A DNA stretch of 64,000 bases from a virus. The notes beneath the pieces were generated by a model, which worked only from the letters and a program-made list of their open reading frames with translations, made no database searches and was not told the origin of the DNA. The DNA lies in the IMG/VR virus record IMGVR_UViG_3300045988_148900, positions 1 to 64,000 of that record; one strand, written 5' to 3'. Position numbers and translations under genes: made by a program. Positions 47,285-57,220 of this stretch are shown piece after piece; position 1 is the first letter of the stretch, and each line of letters begins with the position of its first letter.

Positions 47285-49099
47285 CTACGCTGACATCGAA
47301 ACATCCGCCGAAACAGAACCGTCGCGTGCTACAACCGTAATGAATACCTTCTCCGTAAGGCTCATGAAGTAGCAAACAAGCTGAATGCGCAAGTAACGAC
47401 CACCATTCGTATTCACATCCGAATTGAGCTCATCTCCCACATTAGCATACGACTCCACCTTCAACTCCTGACGAGCAGCAAAATTGCCAAGAAGCGTATT
47501 CAAACGACCCTCCAAAGCAAGGCGATTCGACCGATTGGCAGCAACATCCGTATGGATAACCTCCTCGACCATATCGAAAGTCTGAGAAAGCAACGCCGCC
47601 GTAACACGCATGACGTTCAAGCGAGCGAAGTAAGACTCGCCGGCACCATACAAGTCGCGGATGCAGAAGATGTAATTGCCAACAGCCGACGAGTAAACAG
47701 ACCCAATACCATCCTCATCGTGCATAGCTACAACCGTGTCGAAATCAAGAGTCCGAACAAGAGACCCCGAGAACGAACCGTAAGCCTTGTAAGACGGAAG
47801 CTGGTTGCGATTATGCAGTGCTGACGCAACCGCACAAATACGTCCAGCCCAAGCAGCGGTGCAATCTAAGTCGAACCGCTGAATACCAAGAGTGGTGCGT
47901 AGCGTATAAGTCTCCCAGCCCACAATCCCCGACGTAAACATGCGAAGACCCCCATTGCTAATGCTGGCGATATTAAACCATGCAACAGCATTGTCTCGCG
48001 TCTCAGAATCAGGAGTACCTTTGGACTTCCAATAATATGGATTAGTAATTGTCGGAAAACCAACCAAAGAATTACAATCCTTGCGAGACTCCGAAACAGA
48101 GGACATGGCTGACAAAACAGAAGCATAATCAGTAAAACCAGTAATCGCAGAGGAAGCATCAGACGCCTTTTTAGAATCCATTAACGGAATGAAAGAGCTA
48201 ACAAGCAACGTAGAAGAAGAAATATCTCGATCCCCAAACAACCCATAAGCTAACTTAAAGGCTGACGCCGAATAAGCCGGAGCTTGCATAGACACATCCT
48301 TAGAAGCCGTAGAAACTTCATAGCCCTGAATATCACCCATACCCACATTCACATACGACAAAGCTACTCCAGTCGAGGAAGTCGGAGTCGTATACTTAGA
48401 AGTATTTGAGTACGCCCACGTAATATCCGTAGTAAAGTAAGCTGAATTGTTCGATATCTGATCAGCATAGAAGTATGAAACCCCACTGGCCTCTAATTCC
48501 TCCAAAGTAAAGGACAACGTCTCTAACGTGTTATTGAAAGACGGAGTGGACTTGCCAGAAGAATCATAAGTAAAGCCGGAAAAAGCCGAAAGCGTGAGAG
48601 TAAACAACTGCTTCTGCATGAAAGTCTTGGACGACGACAAAGACACTCGCATCGGAAAACCTCCCGGATAACGCAACCGGAAAGCAGCAACAGAACCCTC
48701 TTTGATCGGATTATTCTCACTCGACGTAACAGCTTTAAAATCTGTAGCCTCCGTATCATCAGCGTAAGTAAAATCAGCATCGGCGGTCAACACGCCTTGA
48801 GCATCAATGCTAAAGAACACCCACGGCTCCGAAGTAGAGGCATCCTTACCAAGCCGTACAACCTCAACAAAGGAAGCACCCATCTCTAAAACACGAGTAA
48901 CAGTCGCTAAAGATGAATTTAACCGACCAAGACCCTGAGGATTAAACAAAGTCCGATAAGTGCTACTATTGCAAACCGTGGGAACACCAACAGGACCCCA
49001 GTTCGTATCTGCTACAACCCCGACGATATCTGAACCGTCCGAAACAGAGATGTAGTTAGTCTCATCTAAAAAATCGACTTGGATAAGATTCGAAGCCAT
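47285..49099 (-). CDS. contractile tail sheath protein (T4 gp18-like)
   Basis: N-terminus ...GVVADTNWGPVGVPTVCNSSTYRTLFNPQG...FVEVVRLG parallels the gp18 N-terminus. ATG at 49097-49099; 14-mer motif 23 nt upstream. Confidence 0.75.
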   Translation of the reverse strand: MASNLIQVDFLDETNYISVSDGSDIVGVVADTNWGPVGVPTVCNSSTYRTLFNPQGLGRLNSSLATVTRVLEMGASFVEVVRLGKDASTSEPWVFFSIDAQGVLTADADFTYADDTEATDFKAVTSSENNPIKEGSVAAFRLRYPGGFPMRVSLSSSKTFMQKQLFTLTLSAFSGFTYDSSGKSTPSFNNTLETLSFTLEELEASGVSYFYADQISNNSAYFTTDITWAYSNTSKYTTPTSSTGVALSYVNVGMGDIQGYEVSTASKDVSMQAPAYSASAFKLAYGLFGDRDISSSTLLVSSFIPLMDSKKASDASSAITGFTDYASVLSAMSSVSESRKDCNSLVGFPTITNPYYWKSKGTPDSETRDNAVAWFNIASISNGGLRMFTSGIVGWETYTLRTTLGIQRFDLDCTAAWAGRICAVASALHNRNQLPSYKAYGSFSGSLVRTLDFDTVVAMHDEDGIGSVYSSAVGNYIFCIRDLYGAGESYFARLNVMRVTAALLSQTFDMVEEVIHTDVAANRSNRLALEGRLNTLLGNFAARQELKVESYANVGDELNSDVNTNGGRYLRIQLVCYFMSLTEKVFITVVARDGSVSADVSMSA

Positions 49100-49122
49100 A
49101 ATAAAAAACAATTTAATTTAAC

Positions 49123-49136
49123 GGATATATAATTGC
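49123..49136 (-). promoter_or_regulatory. conserved 14-mer GCAATTATATATCC
   Basis: Exact copy, 23 nt upstream of the sheath ATG. Confidence 0.6.
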
Positions 49137-49151
49137 TTCTGCTTACACAAA

Positions 49152-49191
49152 GAAAAAGCAGGCCCCGGGCAAACCACCTCCCGAAACCTGC
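49152..49191 (-). terminator. putative intrinsic terminator after the neck genes
   Basis: Minus strand reads GCAGG-TTT-CGGG-AGGTGGTTTG-CCCG-GGG-CCTGC, followed by TTTTTC. Confidence 0.4.
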
Positions 49192-49218
49192 ACATGTGTA
49201 CTGCTACACAAGTTATCT

Positions 49219-49848
49219 CTAAACGGAAACCTTCAAATTATCAACCGTAGGCTCTACACCTCCGATAGGCAAGTCACCCTCTGCAGCAAGCCACTCCTCT
49301 GCCTCCACGCCATTGGGTACAATGTAGATCCTATACCCCAGCCACCGCATAGCTTCGTCATAATCCTCCAGCTGAAGAACAGAACGCCAGCGCATGGTCA
49401 AAACACGACGCGCGCCCTTCCGATCCAAATTGTCACGCTCCGACTCTACACGGAAAGACAAAAGACGCATACCCACATCCAAAAGCCAGTCTGCACCCTT
49501 CGGACGAACATGAGCATAAGAGTCATAACTCCAATGTTGACGTATGGCATTAGCAATAGCCCAAATATCCGACTGCTTCTCGGTGACGAGCTTCGCAGTA
49601 TAAATCTGCTCAAAAGGAAAAGTCCGGATATGCTGAAGAGTGCCGTCGACGTCAGTCTCATAAGAGTCGTAAGGAACTCCCGATACAATGTCACTATCCT
49701 CACGTGAATAGATCAACGACGGATACTTAACAATAGCATCCTTCGACAGAAGCTTATCAATATCAGCCGCATAAATCATCTCACGCAACTTAGGATAAGC
49801 CGCATGAAACCATTCTAAAACCGCCTTCTCGTACTGAAGCAACAACAT
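49219..49848 (-). CDS. neck / tail-completion candidate (209 aa)
   Basis: Position between the head genes and the sheath gene. No motif recognised. Confidence 0.4.
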   Translation of the reverse strand: MLLLQYEKAVLEWFHAAYPKLREMIYAADIDKLLSKDAIVKYPSLIYSREDSDIVSGVPYDSYETDVDGTLQHIRTFPFEQIYTAKLVTEKQSDIWAIANAIRQHWSYDSYAHVRPKGADWLLDVGMRLLSFRVESERDNLDRKGARRVLTMRWRSVLQLEDYDEAMRWLGYRIYIVPNGVEAEEWLAAEGDLPIGGVEPTVDNLKVSV

Positions 49849-49851
49849 GAC

Positions 49852-50355
49852 CTATGCAATATAAGCTAAGGAATCTATGAAATCGTCATAACTGGAAACA
49901 CTCGACACAACGTCTAAAACATAATCAATGAAAGACCCAAAGTCCCCATATGACCAAGACGACGCATCAAGAACTACTGCATCACGATCCACAGACGGCT
50001 TAGCAATCGTAATCTCGTCCCCAGAAAACCAAATTCGAAACACATCTGACCCCGAAAGAGGCTTAACAATAAAGGATGTACCTGACGACGAACCCTCCAC
50101 AACTGAAATATCAGGTATAATAGATCCAAGAACCCGCGCCAAAACCTCTGCAGACGGACGATCTGACGAAGCCGCGTCCGCAACCTCCTCACGAGCCCGC
50201 TCGCGCAAGTCCTCCAAAGACGGAACATGAGCATCCGCACCACCACGATGACGATGATACTCCGAGAGACCCAAGCCTATCTTGCGACCATCACGAGCCT
50301 TCTTATTAACTGACGCAGCGTTATCACTATCAATCACATCCTTATAAAACACCAT
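49852..50355 (-). CDS. neck / head-completion candidate (167 aa)
   Basis: Position only. Confidence 0.4.
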   Translation of the reverse strand: MVFYKDVIDSDNAASVNKKARDGRKIGLGLSEYHRHRGGADAHVPSLEDLRERAREEVADAASSDRPSAEVLARVLGSIIPDISVVEGSSSGTSFIVKPLSGSDVFRIWFSGDEITIAKPSVDRDAVVLDASSWSYGDFGSFIDYVLDVVSSVSSYDDFIDSLAYIA

Positions 50356-50368
50356 GACACACCTAAGA

Positions 50369-50932
50369 TTAAATGCCCGACGAATAAATGAATATAGACT
50401 CCTTCAGCTCCTCATAGCGACTCCGGCATGTAGACGCAAAATCGGATAAAGCATCCAAGTTAACCTGACCATTATCCGCATCAAGAACTACCGACCGAAG
50501 AATAGACAACTCCTTCTCGGCCATCTTGCTCAATACATACATCAAAGCAAAAACAAGCTGATCGCCTGCTAAGGTATCAAGATCTGACAAACGCAAATAA
50601 CGACGGTAAGTAACACGAGCAGGAACATAGCGACACAGAATCTGATGAGCACCGCGATCCAACTCTACACGAACACTCCGGTTACCCTGAAAAGGAAAAG
50701 TGAGCTTTGCATTAACAACAGCAAAGACATCCTCATCAACATACGTGGTCATGGAATTCAAAACCATGTAATCCGTGATATACAAGTCCGACCGAAGCTC
50801 GTCAACGCAAGACGCTATAAGAACATCCAAATCCGAAACCGCCTGCGTAGTAACACCGTCGCCATACCAACAAGACGCCGTCTGTGGAATGACATACTGA
50901 GACCACAACTTATCCTTAAAAGAAACTGCCAT
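50369..50932 (-). CDS. neck / head-completion candidate (187 aa)
   Basis: Position only. Confidence 0.4.
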   Translation of the reverse strand: MAVSFKDKLWSQYVIPQTASCWYGDGVTTQAVSDLDVLIASCVDELRSDLYITDYMVLNSMTTYVDEDVFAVVNAKLTFPFQGNRSVRVELDRGAHQILCRYVPARVTYRRYLRLSDLDTLAGDQLVFALMYVLSKMAEKELSILRSVVLDADNGQVNLDALSDFASTCRSRYEELKESIFIYSSGI

Positions 50933-50934
50933 CG

Positions 50935-51702
50935 CTAACCAACATAAGTCCTGCTCGTGCAGGGAGTAATATACATAACACCATCTGAGTCAAGTAAGCC
51001 ATTGAAACCTGCCGCCACGGACGCAGACGACCCACAAGGACGACCGCCAAAAGTGAAGCCTACAACCTCCCCGGACTCACCCCGAACGAATAAACGTGAC
51101 GCCTTATTCGGAACCGTGACAGACGACGTCGGAACAAACGGAACCCACGTCTTCTTATCCCAAGACATCTCAATAGGATAACCACCCCAGATAATCTGCA
51201 TAGCAACCTCCTTGCCCCAAGCATCCTCTAAAGAGACAGGAACAAAGTTGCTATGAAAAGACACAGAATAAATAGCAAGAGAGTCTATAAAATCCCTACG
51301 CTCAGGGTAAACCAAACACTCAATAACACCCTGAGAATCTCGATTTATAGGCTTCACGGCAGAAACAGAGTAGACAAGACCGTCAAGCAAAAACCGATCA
51401 TCAAGCATAGGAAGCCGAGGTAAACCTGTACACGACATGTAGATAACCCACGGAATAATATCGCCATCCTGAACCATAGCGTCGTCGCCAAAAGACTCCT
51501 GAACATAAAACATGTCCGGATTCTTCTTAACAATACACTGCTTCAAGACCCGAGCCTCCTCATGAGAGTGACCATCCTGATAAATGTCAAACTCAGTACA
51601 GTTGACTATAAAGATACAATCACGCCGAAGCGGATGCCGGGAAATCCGAACATCCGCCATCTTAGCAGTATATTGCTCTAAAGCACTAAGTCGAGCGTCC
51701 AT
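50935..51702 (-). CDS. neck / head-tail joining candidate (255 aa)
   Basis: The 14-mer motif lies 19 nt upstream. Function inferred from position only. Confidence 0.4.
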   Translation of the reverse strand: MDARLSALEQYTAKMADVRISRHPLRRDCIFIVNCTEFDIYQDGHSHEEARVLKQCIVKKNPDMFYVQESFGDDAMVQDGDIIPWVIYMSCTGLPRLPMLDDRFLLDGLVYSVSAVKPINRDSQGVIECLVYPERRDFIDSLAIYSVSFHSNFVPVSLEDAWGKEVAMQIIWGGYPIEMSWDKKTWVPFVPTSSVTVPNKASRLFVRGESGEVVGFTFGGRPCGSSASVAAGFNGLLDSDGVMYITPCTSRTYVG

Positions 51703-51721
51703 GCACAGATCCGAATTTCTT

Positions 51722-51735
51722 GGATATATAATTGC
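51722..51735 (-). promoter_or_regulatory. conserved 14-mer GCAATTATATATCC
   Basis: Exact copy, 19 nt upstream of the ATG at 51702. Confidence 0.6.
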
Positions 51736-51850
51736 AGAACCGCCGAAGCAAACGACCTATAAAAACAACAACGTCGCAAAGAATCCACAGTACTGCAATA
51801 ATAGGAATTAAGTACATGAAAACACCTATAATAAAGTCTGCCCACATAAC

Positions 51851-52174
51851 CTACTTCGTGTCTAAAGGTTGCAAGGCTTCTAAAATAGTATCACAACCAA
51901 AAAATACAACCCTTGAATTGGACCTCAAGTGCTTCGAATGACGACACAAGGGATAAACATACAAAAAATCCCTAAACTCAATCCACAAATAGTTGCTAAC
52001 ACTAAAACGATATATCTTCGAAGTACTCGCGTCCTGAAAAGTCATTGCAAAGCACACAATTTGAGGACAGAATGCCACAACACGCACTCTAATATCCAAC
52101 TTCCAACCCGAACGCAAATAAAAACCCTTAAGCAAATACTCCGAATCTATCTTGAGATCTGAATAAGATACCAT
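51851..52174 (-). CDS. member of a 4-gene paralog family (MxSYSDLK N-terminus)
   Basis: MVSYSDLKIDSEYLLKGFYL...DIRVRVVAFCPQ... aligns with 52268-52588. Confidence 0.6.
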   Translation of the reverse strand: MVSYSDLKIDSEYLLKGFYLRSGWKLDIRVRVVAFCPQIVCFAMTFQDASTSKIYRFSVSNYLWIEFRDFLYVYPLCRHSKHLRSNSRVVFFGCDTILEALQPLDTK

Positions 52175-52267
52175 AAGATTGTTATTTTACACTCTCTATG
52201 CTCGTCAAACCGACACACTGACGACAATACATCAGATAAATCATCATACACCTGTATAAACAAGACG

Positions 52268-52588
52268 TTAGTTTGAAATCGGGATTAGCATATCCAAAAA
52301 ATCATCACAAAGAAAAGGTACAACCCTCGAATTAGACTTCAATCGTTTCGAACAACGAGATAAAGGATGATTATGAAGATAATCTTCAAAAGAAATAACA
52401 TTATACAGAGTCTTACTAAAAAGACGTCTCCGGCCCGTAGAATCCTCGTAAAAAGTTATCCCCAAACAAACGCTTTCTGGACAGAACGCAACCACGCGTA
52501 CCCTAACATCCAAACGCTCGCTATCTCCAAGATAAAAATCTCAAATCAAATAATATGAATCTATCTTGAGATCAGAATAAGATGCCAT
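52268..52588 (-). pseudogene. paralog of 51851-52174 carrying an in-frame TGA at 52541-52543
   Basis: MASYSDLKIDSYYLI*DFYLGDSERLDVRVRVVAFCPES... The stop aligns with Lys16 of the paralog. Confidence 0.6.
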
Positions 52589-52590
52589 AG

Positions 52591-53496
52591 TTAATTGTTA
52601 TAAAAATTTACATACTCAGTCAGCAACTCACGAAGACGCTCAATCACATAGCAATCCTGAAAGTCTAAACACTCCGTATTGCTAACACGCGAATCAGAAA
52701 CCAACTGTGACTCGTCACTCTTATTGAAAGGATAAACATTATCAAACCCCCTCCCAATATCTGGAATGAAATAAGAACCACTTCCAATGTTCACAAAGGT
52801 ATCACCCCAATAAGAAACCTCAATCCCATGAGTATGAGTATAAAGACTCTTTACAACGTCTATGTTGACGACACTTGCATTCCCGAAACGACAACCATTA
52901 GAAATCTTAACTCCCTCCGAAACAAACGAATTGCGACCAATAATAACATCAGAACCTACTGAAGCATTAGCCATAACAACAGTGCCAGATCTAATGATAG
53001 AATTAACACCCACTCGAACATTGGAGCCAAGTTTGCACTTAGACTCTACAACACAACCATGATACAGACAAACCTCAGCACTCAACTCAACATCTGAGCC
53101 CAACAATATGTCGTAGTAGCTTAAAATAGCACTCAACTCCGAAATGGAATCATAGGTAAACCGTTTTTCTGTCTCATCAAACCCTATAATGGAAATGGAA
53201 TTATTACGCTGTACGGGAGTCAATTGATCCAAGACATAATCTCCAGCAACTAAGACACGATCCTCGACATCAAAAGCATCCGAATACTTAATATCCGGAT
53301 ACCTACTAACAACCGTCGACGCAGGAATTCGGCGAATAAGGGACAAGACTGCATCTTCTCCAGAGACCTGAAAAACGAGAACGAGATTCGAATCGAACAG
53401 GCCCGAAGAACCCATACCAACAAGAGTGAAAGAAATCTTGTCGGAAAAAGACTGCATCCGATAAACAGACCCTAAAGTTAAATCATCGTAAGTCAT
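52591..53496 (-). CDS. left-handed beta-helix (hexapeptide-repeat) protein with a family-specific N-terminal domain
   Basis: Imperfect hexapeptide repeats run from LGSDVELSAEVCLYHGCVVESKCKLGSNVRVGVNSIIRSGTVV to RFGNASVV. The N-terminus MTYDDLTLGSVY is related to its neighbours. Confidence 0.6.
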   Translation of the reverse strand: MTYDDLTLGSVYRMQSFSDKISFTLVGMGSSGLFDSNLVLVFQVSGEDAVLSLIRRIPASTVVSRYPDIKYSDAFDVEDRVLVAGDYVLDQLTPVQRNNSISIIGFDETEKRFTYDSISELSAILSYYDILLGSDVELSAEVCLYHGCVVESKCKLGSNVRVGVNSIIRSGTVVMANASVGSDVIIGRNSFVSEGVKISNGCRFGNASVVNIDVVKSLYTHTHGIEVSYWGDTFVNIGSGSYFIPDIGRGFDNVYPFNKSDESQLVSDSRVSNTECLDFQDCYVIERLRELLTEYVNFYNN

Positions 53497-53532
53497 AGCC
53501 GCCTAAAATTGAAACAAACTGCCAAAAACAAC

Positions 53533-53847
53533 CTAAAGCTCCTCTAACGAGCTAATCCCAATAGACCCAAAACAAAAAACAGAATCTTCCAATGAAGCAG
53601 AGGAATCAATATCAGTAATGTGGTAATACTGTTCATCCAAATCCGAAATGACATCCTTCCGATAAATAGACATATCAACATGACGCCCACTCATATCTAT
53701 GACATCCGTAGATATGGCAATAAACGGAGATTTACCATCAGATAGAAAACCCACTGCAACAAGATTGACAAGTGCAGGTCGGTCATAACCAACCAACCCA
53801 TGGAAGATATAAGTTCGTCCAACCTTCAAATCTGAAAAAGAAAGCAT
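53533..53847 (-). CDS. member of the MxSxSDLK paralog family (104 aa)
   Basis: N-terminus MLSFSDLKVGRTYIF. Confidence 0.55.
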   Translation of the reverse strand: MLSFSDLKVGRTYIFHGLVGYDRPALVNLVAVGFLSDGKSPFIAISTDVIDMSGRHVDMSIYRKDVISDLDEQYYHITDIDSSASLEDSVFCFGSIGISSLEEL

Positions 53848-53881
53848 AATCGTAGAAAATTAAAAAACCAGAACCCGCCAA

Positions 53882-54097
53882 TCAGTAACCTGCCTTCGTC
53901 TGACGTGTATTAGCAACAAAGTGCTTGTTGGAACCCTTCAAAACAATAGGACCAATAGGCTCCCAATCGCCATTCGACCATACCTTCGTAATTGAACCTT
54001 TGGCATTATGCTCCTTCATAGCCTTCTTAGCAGCAGACAGAGAATGAAAAGTCTCGTGATAACCCGTCTCGTGATTATAAACCGAATAAATCTTCAT
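53882..54097 (-). CDS. hypothetical protein (71 aa)
   Basis: First gene after the promoter at 54155-54186. Confidence 0.55.
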   Translation of the reverse strand: MKIYSVYNHETGYHETFHSLSAAKKAMKEHNAKGSITKVWSNGDWEPIGPIVLKGSNKHFVANTRQTKAGY

Positions 54098-54154
54098 GAC
54101 TTAAAATGTTATATTAAATTCAACAATCAATCGTAATCCCTATCGATCACAACA

Positions 54155-54186
54155 CAAAGGTAGGAAAATTAATTTTATTCTCCAAA
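54155..54186 (-). promoter_or_regulatory. Bacteroidota-type promoter, within an exact 55-nt repeat (54137-54191 = 1-55)
   Basis: TTTG-N20-TACCTTTG. Confidence 0.55.
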
Positions 54187-54207
54187 TAAAATGAAAAAAG
54201 AGTTGTA

Positions 54208-54525
54208 TTAATTGTGTGTCTCCTCCCGAACCCAAGCTTGCTTGGCCGTATCCCATCGAACAGTATAAAAATACTCCTCATCACCATGAATAGACGTCGT
54301 CAACTCATAATCAGGCAACCGCTGCTTCTGCCAACCCGAGTAAGTAACTGCCAAGAACAAAGTAACCAACAAGGATACCTCAGAACAACTCCAGCGACCT
54401 TGCGCAATAGACAAAACCCGATCAATATCAGGCTCCACAATCTCTGGAAAGCCGTCGTGACCCCGGTAAATATAGACAACATTGGCATACTCGTCTATGA
54501 ATCTAAGAGAAGCACGTGTACTCAT
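54208..54525 (-). CDS. hypothetical protein (about 105 aa)
   Basis: ATG at 54523-54525 follows the methyltransferase stop. Confidence 0.5.
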   Translation of the reverse strand: MSTRASLRFIDEYANVVYIYRGHDGFPEIVEPDIDRVLSIAQGRWSCSEVSLLVTLFLAVTYSGWQKQRLPDYELTTSIHGDEEYFYTVRWDTAKQAWVREETHN

Positions 54526-54530
54526 GACTG

Positions 54531-55187
54531 TTAAAATAATTGTTGTTGACGCTGATGCCACTCTAATCTCCTAACAGCATCAGCATAATAATCTGAATCA
54601 AGCTCTATGCCAAGCATCTCAAAACCAAGACCGTGGCACGCAATACATATAGAACCACTCCCAAGATGAGTATCCAAAATACGAAAACCCGGCTTAGCGT
54701 AATTATTCAAAACCCACCCATACAATGCGACAGGCTTCTGAGTAGGATGGATACGCTTCTCCTTATGCTTCATGTTACCCTGAAGCATGCCCTGCCAACG
54801 GTAACTAAACATACGAACCGACGACTTAAAAGACGTCCATGCAAGCTCACAATCGGCAAAGTCGTTCACGCCGTTCTGCTTATCCCAAACAAGCCAACAA
54901 GACGAAGGTGGAAGAAGATCGGCAAAGTAATTACCACCCCAGATGATCTGATCCTTGCTGACACGACGAAGCTCCTTAAAGTACTCCGCAGACGGACGCT
55001 CACTATCCCACGACTTGACAGCATAATTAGACGCCTTAGCCAAGACACCTGCTCCACGCGGACGATCCTTCTTAATACCATAAGGAGGATCTACAACCGC
55101 CAAATCAAAAGAGTTATCCGCAAGGCCCCGAAGTACATCCATACAATCTCCGCAGACCAACTCTATATTACCTAACTTAATGCTCAT
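54531..55187 (-). CDS. orphan DNA methyltransferase (N6-adenine or N4-cytosine, beta class)
   Basis: Motif IV VVDPPYG at the N-terminus and an AdoMet motif THLGSGS at the C-terminus. No adjacent endonuclease. Confidence 0.8.
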   Translation of the reverse strand: MSIKLGNIELVCGDCMDVLRGLADNSFDLAVVDPPYGIKKDRPRGAGVLAKASNYAVKSWDSERPSAEYFKELRRVSKDQIIWGGNYFADLLPPSSCWLVWDKQNGVNDFADCELAWTSFKSSVRMFSYRWQGMLQGNMKHKEKRIHPTQKPVALYGWVLNNYAKPGFRILDTHLGSGSICIACHGLGFEMLGIELDSDYYADAVRRLEWHQRQQQLF

Positions 55188-55211
55188 TATAAATGCACTG
55201 ACAAAAATAAT

Positions 55212-55457
55212 CTAAAAACAGCCATTCCGGAACCAATACTCATGACCACAATGTCTGCAACAATGAACCTCATCCCAATCGTGAATCGTTCCATCCGGAC
55301 CACCACTCAAATGCTCATTGCAACAAATAGGATATGTCTTAGAACCCACCACATAAAAGTCATCGCCACTCTCATCAAAATAACCACAAGTGGGACATGC
55401 ATATGAACCATACCCAGAAAAAGGTCCGACGATAAGTCTATAGTAGGCAAACCCCAC
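55212..55457 (-). CDS. small double zinc-ribbon protein (81 aa)
   Basis: CPTCG...CCRHCG. Confidence 0.55.
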   Translation of the reverse strand: MGFAYYRLIVGPFSGYGSYACPTCGYFDESGDDFYVVGSKTYPICCNEHLSGGPDGTIHDWDEVHCCRHCGHEYWFRNGCF

Positions 55458-55871
55458 AAACGATAAGCACTAAAAGAACCCATGGCGAAAACACTAATTA
55501 AGACATAGAACCTATGGACGATAATCACTCACGCAAGGAATCCTCCGTCTCCTACGCAAGAGCATCATCCAGAAGCGACTCCAAAAGAGAAAGATCAATC
55601 ATAAAAACCATGAATATTAATTGCAAAGATAAACGTAAGAATGCCTTATATCAAGGTGTCAAAATAGTAAAAAAGCATTGATACAGAGATCAATAAACCA
55701 GTAAGTATGCTAAAAATGGAACCATAAGATCAATTAAGGCGAGAGCCGCAAAAAGAAAGCCTAATTTAGAGTAGACACCCCCAATTTGTATCTCCATACC
55801 AATGCAATCATCTATACGTAAAGCCTCAGAGAATATAAAAATAACCCGCAGCATAAAAGCAAAACACGAAG

Positions 55872-57161
55872 CTACTCACAAGAAGCGTATCTAAAAGTAT
55901 AACCTTTTACTGACTGTATCTTACCTGTACAACAGCATACAATAGAAGTGCGATTAATTCCCAATACCGATCCAGCCTCTGCAGAAGACTTAAACTGTGA
56001 AGTAACTCCATCTACAAGACGAGTGGAAATAACCGACTTCCGTCTCTTCGCGCCACAGTCAAAATAATCTGCAGGCAACTCTGACAAAGAAGGAGCTTTA
56101 GCATCATCAGGATACCTGAAAATATACCCCTTACCCTGCTTATAACGACCCAAACAACAACCCGTAATATGAGAAGAACGAACTCCGGTTGCCTTACTTG
56201 CCTCAGACAAAGACGAAAAAACAACAGAGACTCCTGAAGCAATATTTATCGCCTCTACTGATCGCACGCGTGCAGCACAAGCTACCGTGCGCAAAACGTT
56301 GGAATTATTAGCATACGGATCATAACACAATCGCCGGGCAACCTCGTCTAAATCCATAGAACGCAAAAAAATAAACCCGTACACCTTCGGCGGATTACCA
56401 TCCACAGCATCCAAAATGCGAGAAACACGATTCTGAATATCCAACTCCTTAACCAAAACATGTACATTAGGCCAAGACTTAACGAAAGAGCCATCCTTGG
56501 CTGAAAACCCAAATATTTCAAAATCTGAGTCCTTCCGCTTAGGACGCTTATAAACCTTATTCTGAACATCAGAAAGAACCAACAAAGCATCATCAGGACT
56601 ATCTTTATACAGAAATAGATAACCACATACAGATAAAAGCTTCCGCTGACAGCATAACGTAATAGACGCAGAAGCAACACCCAACTTCTCGGATGCTGCC
56701 TTAGCTCCATAAAACTCTCCAACAAACTCTCCAGTAGAAACCCGATAGCAAACCACAGGACGACTCTTGCGACGACGCGTCTCCCCCGACGCACGACGAT
56801 TATGAAGCATTGCTATAACATGATCAGGCTGCTTAAATCCGCTACAACCATCACCTCCCTTAGTGGAATTATAACCATGAAGATATGTATCATAAAAGGC
56901 AATCCAATAAATCTCTCGCTCATTTAACCCTTTACTACGAGCTTCTATGGAGTCATAAGATAACCTCTCTAAAATCTCATAATCAAAAGACTCGGGGCCA
57001 TACTTCCGACGCGCATTATCAATAGCACTCCTACCACTCGTATAAGTGGTACCTATTGACAAAAACTGACTATGACGTTCTTCCCCATCACCTATAGCCT
57101 GACCAACATAAGACCTCCCAGAAACCTTACAGGTGTACTTATAAATTATACCCTCAAACAT
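55872..57161 (-). CDS. free-standing GIY-YIG homing endonuclease with four C-terminal repeated DNA-binding modules
   Basis: GIIYKYTCKVSGRSYVGQA...REIYWIAFYDTYLHGYNSTKGGDG, then four modules ending GYLFLY / (diverged) / GYIFRY / GYTFRY. Confidence 0.85.
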   Translation of the reverse strand: MFEGIIYKYTCKVSGRSYVGQAIGDGEERHSQFLSIGTTYTSGRSAIDNARRKYGPESFDYEILERLSYDSIEARSKGLNEREIYWIAFYDTYLHGYNSTKGGDGCSGFKQPDHVIAMLHNRRASGETRRRKSRPVVCYRVSTGEFVGEFYGAKAASEKLGVASASITLCCQRKLLSVCGYLFLYKDSPDDALLVLSDVQNKVYKRPKRKDSDFEIFGFSAKDGSFVKSWPNVHVLVKELDIQNRVSRILDAVDGNPPKVYGFIFLRSMDLDEVARRLCYDPYANNSNVLRTVACAARVRSVEAINIASGVSVVFSSLSEASKATGVRSSHITGCCLGRYKQGKGYIFRYPDDAKAPSLSELPADYFDCGAKRRKSVISTRLVDGVTSQFKSSAEAGSVLGINRTSIVCCCTGKIQSVKGYTFRYASCE

Positions 57162-57179
57162 AATACTTTAATTATGGCA

Positions 57180-57210
57180 CAAATATAGTAAAATGTTTGT
57201 GTAATTCAAA
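57180..57210 (-). promoter_or_regulatory. Bacteroidota-type promoter (TTTG-N19-TATATTTG) for the homing endonuclease
   Basis: Minus strand reads TTTGAATTACACAAACATTTTACTATATTTG. It lies 18 nt upstream of the ATG. Confidence 0.55.
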
Positions 57211-57220
57211 ATAAAGACAT

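Noticed and set aside
47285-49099. First impression of a crAss-like podovirus, based on unidirectional genes, Bacteroidota promoters, a large polymerase with inserts and repeated intergenic motifs.
   Set aside because: The window encodes a contractile tail sheath, tube, tape measure and a complete baseplate, plus T4-type gp21- and gp23-like head genes. That is a myovirus body plan.
55624-55663. A ninth host-type promoter (TATCTTTG at 55624-55631).
   Set aside because: The nearest upstream TTTG is 28 nt away, against 19-20 nt at the other sites, and no convincing gene start follows closely. It is left unannotated.
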